Assembly (NCBI GenBank): GCA_013265495.1
Contig: MU058654.1
Coordinates: 372,001 to 436,000 of the forward strand
Reading direction: 5' to 3'
From: Vicugna vicugna
Lineage: Eukaryota
Length of the DNA stretch: 64,000 bases
Shown: piece by piece, positions 49,690 through 61,040 of the stretch
Numbering within the stretch: position 1 is the stretch's first letter
Layout: each line of letters begins with the position of its first letter
Position numbers and translations under genes: made by a program
The notes under the pieces: model-generated
Database searches by the model: none
Told to the model about the DNA's origin: nothing
The model's input: the letters and a program-made list of their open reading frames with translations, nothing else

Positions 49690-50090
49690 TGGGCCCCGCC
49701 ATGGACTGTGTGACCTTGATCAGTCACGCACCTCCCTGGGCATCCTTCTCCTCAGCTTTGAAATGGAGATGATAAGGCCTCCTCCTTCACAGCAGAGATG
49801 TGATGAATCAGCTAAGGACTGGCCAATACTGGCAGAGGCAGCAGGAGCATGGTGTGGCTCCTGACCTTGGTTCTGGAGGCTGATCGCCGGGGGTTCAGAT
49901 CCTGGCTCTACCACTTCACCGCTGTGCAAGCAGAGACAAGTGAAGCAACCTCTCTGGGCCTTATCTCCTCATCTGTAAAACAGGAATGATAAGAATAGCA
50001 TCTCTCTCAGAGCTCTTTGAGGACAATAGGCGATGGTGCAGACGGACATGCCCAGGGCCCAGCACGGCTCCAGAAGTGCTGCCTGCCGCT
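49690..50090 (+). mobile_element. Two tandem MIR fragments
   Basis: 'ctgtgtgaccttgatcagtcac...aaatggagatgataa' and 'ggttcagatcctggctctaccactt...cctcatctgtaaaacaggaatgataa'. Confidence 0.8.
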
Positions 50091-51581
50091 ATTGTGGTGG
50101 TTCTGATTTTCTCGTATAACAACCTTAAATTAATCCTCACTGGTTTGGGAAGCCTGAAGCACAGAGGAAGCCCCCCGACTCTTCCCCGTTGTCCAATGCT
50201 GAGCACATGGGAAAGCAGTCCATAAAGTTCTTCTGAATCAAGAACAAAACTGAATTAAATGAATCCTTTTGTCCCGACAACATCAATCATCAGAATTTGT
50301 CATTCATTTTGACAGGAGTTGATAAAAGACATTCTATGAAAATCTAAGTCCAACTGACCTGCTCCTGCCTTCCATTGCTTCTCCCCTGAATAACGTGCAC
50401 ACGTTTGCGATGGGGAGAAGGAGGAGTCAGCCGAATTAGCCCTTTAGGTTGAACAGCTAATTGGTGTACCCATTGCTGATTGAGAGCTTGGGGAATTTAA
50501 TAAATTTTTGTGCAGTGGATCTTGAATACATAGATCTTTAAAACTAGCAGGGGTGGGAGGAGGGGACCATTCTTGGGGTGGGGCGCTGGAGTGCTATTTC
50601 ATCAGCCACCAGCAAGATAGCTGTGGGTGCATTTTTAGACCACCCAACAGAGGGCTGATAGTTGTCAGTGAGCCTGCCATGGGTCATCTGTAAAGGGGGT
50701 TCCACTATAAAATGCAGACAGTCAAGAGACAGCACAAAACTCCGCCCATCAAGGCTACAGAAGTCACCTGTTTTGATGAATAGGCTCATTCTGCCTTATG
50801 CCCCGACTGCCACTCCCCACCTAACTTCTTCTAAGGGGAATTATTAACAGTCCAGCACTGAAACCTTCAATTAACCAGGGGCTTCAGGTAAATGAAGCTG
50901 TGGTTTTATTCCACTGTTAGATGCTAGAAAATATCATTTATGCAGAAAAGGAGTAAAAATATGATGACTCTCTCTACAGGATTTCAAAATATGAATTCAT
51001 TCATCCAAAAGCAGGAGTAGCACCTCTTATGGGCCATAAATGATCCCAACACCAGGCTGGGAAGTAAAGGGTTTCATTCAACACCTTTGCGATCCTGTCC
51101 ATTGCAAACTGCTTGAAGACCTGTATTCCCTATAGTGCAAGGGGCACAGTACGCACTCAGTTAAATCTGGTCAAACTTAAAGACTCTGGTAATACAATTC
51201 TGGTACCACAGATGAGAATTATACGGTCTGCTAACATCACGTTCACTAAGGAAGAAACGATACCTGTCAGGTGTCTTTTATATGAGCATGTCACATCTTC
51301 ATAAGGTGACAGGGAACACCTCCAGGAGAGGGACTACATGGTAACCAGTGCTGTGTCCAGCTGGTGCTGGGCGTAGGGCCTGGTCTTTGCTGATAAGTGT
51401 CGGCATCAACACCCTCCAAGTGATGGACATAGTTCTTTGTGCCCCACTTAATCTCCCTGTACTCCAGGCCCATCCTATAGGGACAAAGTGTCATGGGAAC
51501 TCAGTATGGAGCCTGCTCTCTGCTGAGAATTTCCAGGAAGGCATTCCAAAGAGCATATGCTAAAACTAGTCCTTGAAAGAA

Positions 51582-52022
51582 AACTAATGTGAAAAGATAC
51601 ATGCACCCCAATGTTCATAGCAACACTATTTACAATAGCCAAGACATGAAAGCAACCTAAAGGTCCAACAACAGATGACTGGATAAAGAAGATGTGGTAT
51701 ATTTATACAATGGAATACTACCCAGCCATAAAAAGAATAAAATAATGCCATTTGCAGCAACATGGATGGACCTAGAGATTATCATACTAAGTGAAGTAAG
51801 TCAAAGAAATATTATATGATATCACATATATGTGGACTTTTTAAAAATGACACAAATGAACTTATTTACAAAACAGAAACTGACTCACACAGACATAGAA
51901 AACAGACTTATGGTTACCAAAGGGGAAAGAGGGGAGAAGGGCTAAATTAGGAGTTTGAAATTAGCAGATACAAGCTACTATATATAAAATAGATGAACAA
52001 AGACTTCTCAGCTGGACAGCAC
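51582..52022 (+). mobile_element. L1 ORF2 end / 3'UTR fragment
   Basis: 'aaagatacatgcaccccaatgttcatagc...atggatggacctagagattatcatactaagtgaagtaagtca'. Confidence 0.9.
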
Positions 52023-53411
52023 ATAACTTTAGTGAACATTGAGTTATTTTTAAGTAAACAGTCATAAATTTAAAATTTTTCCTATGCTATATTTTTGAAG
52101 TTCAAGCTCTTACATGGTGGTACCACCACTAACACTGAAAAAAAAACACAATTGAAAATAAATAAATTTGGAAAAGAAATTAGAAGCAGCACCATCTCAA
52201 GAAGCAAGTCAATAATTTATTAATGATTTCTCGACCTTTTTAGGCTAAAATATATATATTTTTAAAATGTTTAAGCCCTACCTTCTTCCATTTGTGCATT
52301 CTGAGAACACATCTCAATAACTCTACATTGTTCTGGAGTTCCGTGTGTCTATAAAAATGCATTCTTACAAGAAACGCAAGTATCTTGTGTTAGGAAAGTC
52401 CAGCTTCCCTTTAGAAATGCTATCACTGGGTTCTCAGAAGATGCCTACATTCTGTCGGTCTGGAACCCTCCTTTGCTCTCCCCATGACTGCAGTAACCCT
52501 GTGCCCAGGGTCTGCAGAGCATCCTCCCAGGCATGGAGCCCCATTCGCTCAATGGCAACCACGCACCTGTGAAGCAAATCCAGGTGTGCACCTCCTGGCT
52601 CCTAAGCTCCCCGTCTGGGAAGCCTTCCGCTGAACTGGGATGCGTGGATGGCTGGAGGGCTGCTTCCAGATGGCGAGAAAATGTCTTAACTCCTACACAG
52701 ATTTTACCTCCTGAAAGCAATCCTAAAAAAATTTCATACTACGGGACCTCAGATGGCTCAAAGCTTCCAGAGGTGTCAAATTCATTCACCAATTGGCCCA
52801 CTGGAGAACAGAATAACTGGACCCTATAAGCATATAGAGTCTGAATCAAATGTATGAATATGAGAATGTATGCATATCAAGAGATGAAATGTTCCAAGAC
52901 ATGTGCGCCCATCAAATAAAGAGAAGAAAACTGAAGGCTGGAAAAATATTACCATACAGATCAGAGCCACATAAAACATGAAGCGTCTTATCAAATACGC
53001 ATTTTTGCTCTTCAGTCCTTTCCAGCAGGGACACACAAGTCTGTCTTGATGGCCTGTGTCCAGATCGGTCTGTGAAAACATGGCTGTGAGTAACAGAGGG
53101 AAGTTTCCTGCCACTCCTTCAAATCCTGAAAACACACCAACCTCAGTGTAAGGAAAGAGGTACCCTGTGGGCTGTGTCGTCGCCTCGGGGTCCAGGTCCG
53201 TGGCATTGTTGTAGAATTATCTGACTCCCTTTGCCAAAAAGTACAGGAAGTTTGAGTTTGGAAGGTGACTTCTCATCTCAGCCAGAGTTCCCTGGGCTTT
53301 GGGGTGACAGAAGCGCAGGCAGCTGCAGAGGACCCTCTGAAGCAGGGGGACCCCCTGGCATCTTTGCGGAAAGAACTCCCCAGGGCAGTGCTTAAAAGTT
53401 TACCCCCAACT

Positions 53412-53448
53412 CACACACACACACATACACACACACACACACACATAC
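53412..53448. repeat. (CA)n microsatellite
   Basis: Read directly; minor TA interruptions. Confidence 0.9.
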
Positions 53449-54952
53449 AAAATCTTCCCAGCAAGAAGATGGCAAGGATGAAACGGAATAAAATTAGAAT
53501 GTTAGAAGAAGCCCTGCCGTAACAAAGATGCATCTGGAAAGCAATCCAAAGAATCTACTCAGATCTCTGCCTCCCGCAGAGGTTTTGGTGGGAGCTGAGC
53601 AGTGACAGGTCTGGGTTTCCATTCATCTGCAGGCTATAATCGACGTAAGGAGAAAAAGAAAGTGCATTGTGTTCCCAACTCCATTCTTCTTAGATTTTAT
53701 GTTTAAAGCCAGTAGTCCTTTTCTGTTTGTCAATCACACAAAATGGTACTTATTAATGAGCTCTCAAAAGACACAAAGAGAGATCTAAAGCATAGAAACT
53801 AAATCGTCTCAAGGAAGCCTGCGGCGTTGTGGCTGGGAGGGTAGGACGGCGGCAGTGCGCAAATGGGGAGGGCCTGCCTGCCGCAGCCATGGAAACAGAG
53901 CCAGAGGAGGGGGAGGAAGATGTCGGAATAAGCAATTTGGTGCTGCGAAAAGGAAAAATCCCCAGGAAGAAGATACTCAGCGTCCCTGTACATGAACACA
54001 CACGCGTGCACACACACCTCCCTGCTACCTTAAATAATGCGACTCTCATGTCCCAGTTATACTCTTAGGTTGTAAAGTCTTAGTCGTCCACATTAACAAG
54101 TGTGTATATGTATTTATATACCTATTTATGTGTATATATGGAGAGAGATACTAGCTTAACAAATAAAAACAAACATTGTTGCAAGATGCAAAGGTCCTGA
54201 GCCTTCAGTCCTTTCTGATGACCTTCTGAGTGTTCCTCCTCCTTTCCAGATGGTACCAATTAAGAGTCAGACCCTCATCTTAAGAGATGTTAACCAAATA
54301 AATCCAATGGGAGGCTTTAATGAACAAAACCAGACGCATTTACTATACCCAAGAGAAGCAAAAATAAATATAACATATACAGTGAGCCGCTTGGGTTAAC
54401 TTGCCACGACTGGAGCTTTGACCTGTGGCTATGATTAGATTCAACTTTCCCCCTCCTATTTGTAACTAACATACCGAAGGCTGAGATACTGTTAAACACA
54501 ATCCTAACCTTGGAATCTCTCCACTCAACTCGATTTTTCCTTAATCTCGTTTGCAGAGGCCATTTCCACCTCTAAACTACTTTACGTTGCTTCTTTTGAA
54601 ATGAGAAGCATGGTTGTTTCAGATTCAAAATCAATAGTGATTAGCCATGAAGCATGCAGCTGGCTCTGTGTCAAGAAAATATGTCACTTTCCAGGTCTCT
54701 CAGCCAGCTCCGGCCGAGTGCAGCTTGCGCCCTTTCCAGAAGCGATGTCTCAAAGAGCTCCACTTTTTGGATGACTGTGCAGAACGGAGACCCCCTCAGC
54801 GGCTCCAGTCAACTCCCAGGGCCCTATCTGAGCCCTAATATTTTCCTGAACAACAGGTGGCACTAAAGAGACACATTCGCAGGAGCTAATTAAAGAGGTT
54901 TTCTGTTTCAGGCAGGGGTTGTACAAATGCCGCTTAAAAGAAAAGGATTGGG

Positions 54953-54956
<4 letters not shown>

Positions 54957-54988
<32 letters not shown>
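54957..54988 (+). repeat. Pure poly(A)32 tract
   Basis: Read directly. Confidence 0.95.
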
Positions 54989-54989
<1 letters not shown>

Positions 54990-55128
54990 ACAACCTGATT
55001 CAAGTTTCTCTGCACACGCTGTTCTGTTTCTACATATGTCGCACCTAGATATTCTCCCCTCCCCACCACCTCCTTGTCTTATTTTAAGAACTCACCTTGT
55101 GATAAAAAAAATAGTTGCTGTGTTGTGG

Positions 55129-55181
55129 AGACCTCGGCTTATGCAATTAACAGACCTCGGCTTTTGCAATTAACAAACCTC
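55129..55181 (+). repeat. 23-bp tandem duplication
   Basis: AGACCTCGGCTTATGCAATTAAC then AGACCTCGGCTTTTGCAATTAAC, plus a partial AAACCTC. Confidence 0.95.
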
Positions 55182-57241
55182 CAACAGACCCTGACGCACA
55201 CAGGCACACACACACACCACGCATTAACACACGAACACATCTAAGAGAGCTTGTGCTTGTCAAAAGCACAGATTCCAAAGCAGCCAAGCCAAGGGGTGCT
55301 TTGTGAGAAAGCTGACATATTATGGGAACATTTGGTTTCTGAACTGCCTTAAAATAGTGACCTTTTTTCTACTGCCAAATAAACATGCTGCAAGCTGCAC
55401 TGGTGTAGAACAAAAGTACCATCCGATAGTTGATCGTGCGGATCAAAGAGTCGTCTTTGAGATCCTTCCGTCGTTTTGACCAGAAAAGGCATTTGTTTGA
55501 ATTCTGAGCAGAAGCTGTTCCCCTTTACTGTTCATGCACATTTTACTTTTTTTTAAAAAAAAATCTTTTAGGAGGGCACAGCACACAGCGCTCCTCTGAA
55601 GAGAGATGGAGGTGGGGAGACTTCATAAAACACCAAGTCCCAGGGAATCTGCACGACTAATTTTGTATTAAAACCTACTGAAGACATCTGTTCCAGTGGG
55701 AACTGTCCCCAGCGATTAGTAATTGCACACATCAGTCATGAAGCATGGTAAATACAATCTGTAGCTCATCTAGGACATTTTGCCCCAAACTACAATCTAT
55801 GGAACTCATTGTCACCCATTTTTGTTGCAGTGTGCCACCCAGAGATGCAGTCCAAATTTGAAGGCAAATATGCCACGTTTTAGTGATTCATCAAGTTCTC
55901 CGGGCAGCTCTTTGGAAGCTGCACCTTTTACACTGAGCAGGACCACATGGTCAACTTTCTCTTTCCTACATCCATTCTCTTTTGCCTGCCGACGCATAGA
56001 TATGCTCTACTTTTATGATTCTGGATTCGAATGAAAGAAAAGGAAACCTTTCAAATTAAGAGTGTAAGTAATGGATAATGAAGTCTGCAGTTCTGCACTC
56101 CGGTGTCTTGGTGGCCAGAGAGGAGAGGTGACTTTTCCTCATTGATTAATGTGAAACTTCCCAAGCTCACAGAAAATGGACATTTTAAAGTTTGACCAAC
56201 ATCCATTGTGGTCTAGGTACTCGCTCCTTCTAAAAGTGACTACTCGGAAGGTCTAAGCCTGATTCTCCAGCTGTGTCCACCTTCCAGGCAAGGGCCAAGC
56301 CAGAAACCTAGGTGCCATCTTTAAGATCTCCCTCCACCTTCCCCCAGTATCTCTATTTGAAAATGATCGATGATCCTTGCCTCAAACTTCTAAATAGATC
56401 TCCTAGCTAACTAACTCCCATTTTCATCCTTACAGATTTACTAAGGCATCAGTTCCTCCTGAAAATTGGCTCTTCCTTCCTACACCTCAGTTAAACCCTA
56501 CATCTGAGTATTTCCAGCATCCACTGTGCCCATCTCTCTCCTAGCAAAATCACAATTTCTTATAATCATCTAGTTACATGCTTGTCTTCTCTAAGAGATG
56601 ATGAGCTCCTTGAAGAGCATAACTCATTTTTCTCTCTCTTCTCAATATGTGTCCAAACCAGGTGTTTGGCAGATGGAAGGGGGGGATGGATGTGTGGGCA
56701 GAGGGGCAGTTAGGAGCACTCCCAGCAGGAGGACCCTGGCTTCCCCTTGTCCCGCGGACTTGCCAGGGACATGAGTCCAAATCACAGCTGCCAGGTGGAC
56801 GTGCTTCTTAGCCACATTACTTGGACGATTCTTAAGAACAAACTATTTATAAAGAAAATTTAATTTACATTCAAAGACTGTCCCTGAACACTCACCCTTG
56901 GAGAAAGTCTCAAGGAAACAGCTCTAAATCGTGAAAGACTTGTCCCAGAAGCTGGACCACATTTCAATTCCAAATCAGACAAGCTGCTCTTCCGCCCCCA
57001 TTTCTTTATGTAGCCAACAAATGCTGTAGTCTAGAAAGGCTGGGGTGAGTTCTTCCAGGTGGAATGTGCCTGCTCAAACAATCAGAGGTACTTGATCTAC
57101 TGAGATCAATCTCTGTTTTGGGGCTGGACTAATTTAAATCCCGAGAGAAGGGGGCCAAAACTTTCACCCGTGGACACCCTTCACACCTCATCATCCTATA
57201 CCAGCACTCACTCCAGATCAGCACCTTATGCACGATCCAGA

Positions 57242-57441
57242 TAGAATTGGCAGATAAAATATAGGATACTTGGTTAAATTTTGTTTCAGATACATTATAG
57301 ATAATGTGTAAGTGTGTAAGTGTGTAAGTGTGACCCATACAACATTGGGGACATGCTTCAAATAAAAGATTATTCATTACTTACCCCAAACTCAAATTTC
57401 ACTGGGTGTCCTGTATTTTATTTACTCACTCTGTGGCCCTG
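57242..57441. mobile_element. MER53 palindromic hAT MITE
   Basis: Arms 'ggcagataaaatataggatacttggttaaattttgttt' and 'ctcaaatttcactgggtgtcctgtattttattt'; centre 'gtgacccatacaacattggggacat'. Confidence 0.8.
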
Positions 57442-58304
57442 ACTCAGTGGTGCAGGGTCAGGTGTCTCGTCTGAGACTTCTAGGAGAATAGATAGTTCGC
57501 GGAGAGTTGAAAGAAGAGTTCTGTCATCTGGCTTGTCCTGCCATGTGGAAGATAGTTGTTCTTAGTGCTCTGGCCACGCTGAGCATCCCTGAGGGAGGCT
57601 ACAGGGCTTCCTGCCCTCCCGGCACCAGTGCACAGCCAGCCTGAGCTCATGAAATCAGAACGTGTTTGCCGATGTCCTCTCCCTGAATTCTCCCCAAACA
57701 GTCATCTGAGAATCACTAAAGATGAAAATCGTGACACCAAGCCCTTACAGAGCCATGCAAATGAAAAAACATCAGGGGATGAAGGCATTGTGCAGAAGAA
57801 GCGTCTCTTAATCATTTTAGGATTTGTGACAGCGGTCCTGGCCATCACATATCAGTTTCTAGATCCCCTTAATGCCCGTTATCTTCTCTTTGGCTCCAAG
57901 TACAGACGTACAGGGTCTGGACCAGGGGAAGATGAAGGAGGCACGTAGGGTGCACAGTTTAAGGGGGACACGGAGTCCCAGAGCAGGGTCAGTGCAGAAT
58001 CAGCATCTGAGAATGGGGCCTCCTTCAATTTCATGCCCCAGGTGCCTGGCTTCCCTCTGCTTACTTCCAACCCTGCAAATATAGGGCATTTCTCTTCATG
58101 GTCTGGGAGACAGAAATATAACATTTCTAATAGTCCCATTATAGTCATGTTGAGGTGCGAACAATCAGATTTATGAGGAAAGGGGTTGCAATCTTTAGCA
58201 AACGCATAACACAGCTCTTCACCAACAGAGGAGGGTAATAACCAGCACCAGGTCCTCTACCCCCAGCGTGTTCCTGTCTCCATCAACTCCACAAGCACAG
58301 AAGG

Positions 58305-58767
58305 GTGTATGTTCATTTCTTAAGGCTGTCATAACAAAGGACCACAAATCGTGGGGCTTAAACAACAGAAATGCATTGCCTCATGGTGCTGGAGGCTGGA
58401 AGTCTGAGATCAAGGTGTCGGCAGACTTGGTTCCTCCTGGGGTTCACAAGGGAGCATCTGTTCCAGGGCTCTCTCCTGGCTTTTGGTGGCTTACCCATTG
58501 TTAGCATCTCGACTTGTTGAAGCATTCCCCGACCCCCACCTGACCTCTATCGTCATCCCTTTAGCACCAAGTGGTGCTGTCCCTGTGTGCATGTCTGTCT
58601 CTTTCTGGAACAACAGCCCTATTGGATCAAGACCTACACTAATGATCTCCTTTTAACTTGATTTTCCTCTTTAAAGGCCTTATCTCCAAATAAGGTCACA
58701 TTCTAAGGTATTGGAGGTTGGGACATCAACATATGAATTTGAAGGGACGCCACGCCTCCCATGATAA
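58305..58767 (-). mobile_element. MLT1C-like MaLR solo LTR
   Basis: 'ggctgtcataacaaaggaccacaaatcgtggggcttaaacaacagaaatg...ggaggctggaagtctgagatcaaggtgtcggcag...tctccaaataaggtcacattct'. Confidence 0.85.
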
Positions 58768-59779
58768 AGTTATTCTACACTGACTGTTCAAGCAAGGCAC
58801 ATCTGTTGACTCTCAAGATCCCTTGGACAGGTGACTCTCCACTCAAATTTCATTTTTGTCTTTATATCTCTTGCTACCCTCCTTCCAACCCCAAACCAAC
58901 ACCTTCCTCCAATCATGTACACCCTCTATGGACAACCTGTGTGCCCCTCTCCCCGTGGGGACAGCCCTTGAACAGCAGGGGACAAGGCAACTTGTCTGGC
59001 TTTGTTATGACATCACTAGATCATGCGGGACAAACCCCTAAGACCCTCCCCTCCTTCCTCATTATCCTGCAGCATCAGAACTAAGTGAACCCCAAGGACC
59101 CTTTCCTGCTCTATTTTGTCATTGTTGTTGTTCTATTTGCTTCATCAGAAGCATCATTTTCTAGGAAAATGGCATTAAAGTACCAAAGCATCTCAAATCT
59201 CAGAAGGGTTCTTTTTTTCACAAGCAAAGAGCCCAGGGTTGGAGGAGGATGGCAGAAATCTGCACGTCCCTGCTCCTGGACCGGCCCTCTCAAGGAGGCG
59301 CAGGACAGCTGTCTAGGGGACAACTGCCTGAAAGGGCCAACTGGAGCTCCTTCCAACCACATGACATGTGGCATCTGAAGCAGGAGAAGTGGCAGTTTAT
59401 GAGCATCCTGGGAGAACAGGACAAGATGGGAAAGGGGCAGAGGGAGGAGAAAATTAAGCAAGGGGAACACTGGACTCCCCAAAAAGTGCTGTTCTGCTGG
59501 GTGGAAATAGCCAGTGATGAGCTTGAGATATGGTTCCTTCCAGAAAAGCTGCATGGCCTCGGAAAAAAAAAATACTTAACCTCTAAATCTTACTTTTCTC
59601 ATTTATGAAATGGGATAATGATAGTTGCCCCACCGTTTTGTTGCAATAGTAAACGTAAAATGCCCCAAAATTCAGCGCATCTGTGTCAAGAGAAGTCGGT
59701 TCTCAATGTCAGCTCCCTTCCTGACTTCCCTGGAGGACGTTTAAATGAGACTCCCTCTTAGCAGAGATGTCCAGGAGGA

Positions 59780-60200
59780 CTGCGCGAGGGACAGTGGATG
59801 AAAGGGAGGGAACGCGCTGCCGTTTTTGCTGGGTCCTGGCTGCTGTCCATGGTGGCGATCTCCTGGGGCCACGGGGAGAAATGGCTGAATAAAGGTGTAG
59901 CGTGGACTAGGGGCCCAGAGCTCACTCAGGGGCCCTTTCCGGAGGGGTCAGGAACCGCGCACGATTAAAGCCAAGAATGCTGAGAAGAGCTTTCTGGTTT
60001 TTGGCAAAAGATGTCGCCAGAACGGTGGGTGATTCTCATAAACGCGGCGGAAAGGAGGCGCTGAGCAAGCCCCGCGCGGAGCCCGGCTGACGCTAGGTGG
60101 CGCCGCGCAGCCAGGCAGCCCGAGGCAGCGGCCTCGGCGGGGCAGGGGGAGGTTTCCGAAAGACCGCTCCTCCGAGAGAGCAGGTTCCCCTCAGTCCACG
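59780..60200. promoter_or_regulatory. Small CpG-rich island with a CTCF-like motif
   Basis: Densest CpG cluster in the window (core ~60040-60175); CTGACGCTAGGTGGCGCCG at 60087-60105. Confidence 0.6.
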
Positions 60201-60479
60201 GGTTAGTTCTGCCTTCCCACTAGTGTTTGCTGACTAATCGCCATCTTTCATTTTGTAACACTCAACCCCCAACAGAGACTACAGACAAAACGTGATGTAC
60301 ACGACCCGGATGCGATGCATTTATCAGTTTTTCCTTGGTTAAAATGAGATCTGAACTGGTCAGGAGAAAATCAAATGACATGAAATTATTCTAAATTTTG
60401 TGACTTTTGCCTGTGGGTAAAGTCTAAGTTGAACAATTAACATTTATAAGGTGACAATGTAAAAAAAAAAATAAAGGGG

Positions 60480-61040
60480 GGGAGAACTAGCAAAAAAAAA
60501 TCATATGGCAATGAAATTAATCATAGCCCACCCCATGACCCAGGAATTCCACTCCTAGTGAGGAGTGTTGATGGTTCAAAAAACGTGTATTCCACAAGAA
60601 TGCCCACAGCAGATTCATTCATAATAGCCCCAAGCTGGAAATAATCCAAATGTCTGTCAACAGAACGGATGAACAAATTGTGGTATATTCATACCACAGA
60701 ATCTCTCTCAGCAATAGAGATGATCTGCTGATACAGGCAACAGCATGGCTTTATGTTAAGTGAAAGGAGCCTGATACCGAACACTAAAGACACTATAGTT
60801 CCATTGACATGGAGAACCGGCCAACAAACCCATAGTGATAGAAAACAGATCAATGGGTGCCTCTGGGGGTGCCGATGGCCTGGAGAGGGGCACGACAGAA
60901 CTTTCCGGAATAATGGAAATGTAATAGTTGTTGATTTCCCTGGTGGCTGCACAGATGTCTACCTATTCATGGAGCTGTCCACTTTGCTAAAATGTGTGCA
61001 ATTTACCTTAGGAAATTATACCTCAGTTAAAAGAAAGAGA
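60480..61040 (+). mobile_element. Ancient L1ME/MC-type 3' fragment
   Basis: 'atgacccaggaattccactcctag...ttcataatagccccaagctggaaataatccaaatgtctgtcaacag...aattatacctcagttaaaa'. Confidence 0.8.

Noticed and set aside
59085..59608. 147-aa and 119-aa ORFs
   Set aside because: No family resemblance; the distal end runs into MIR-like sequence.
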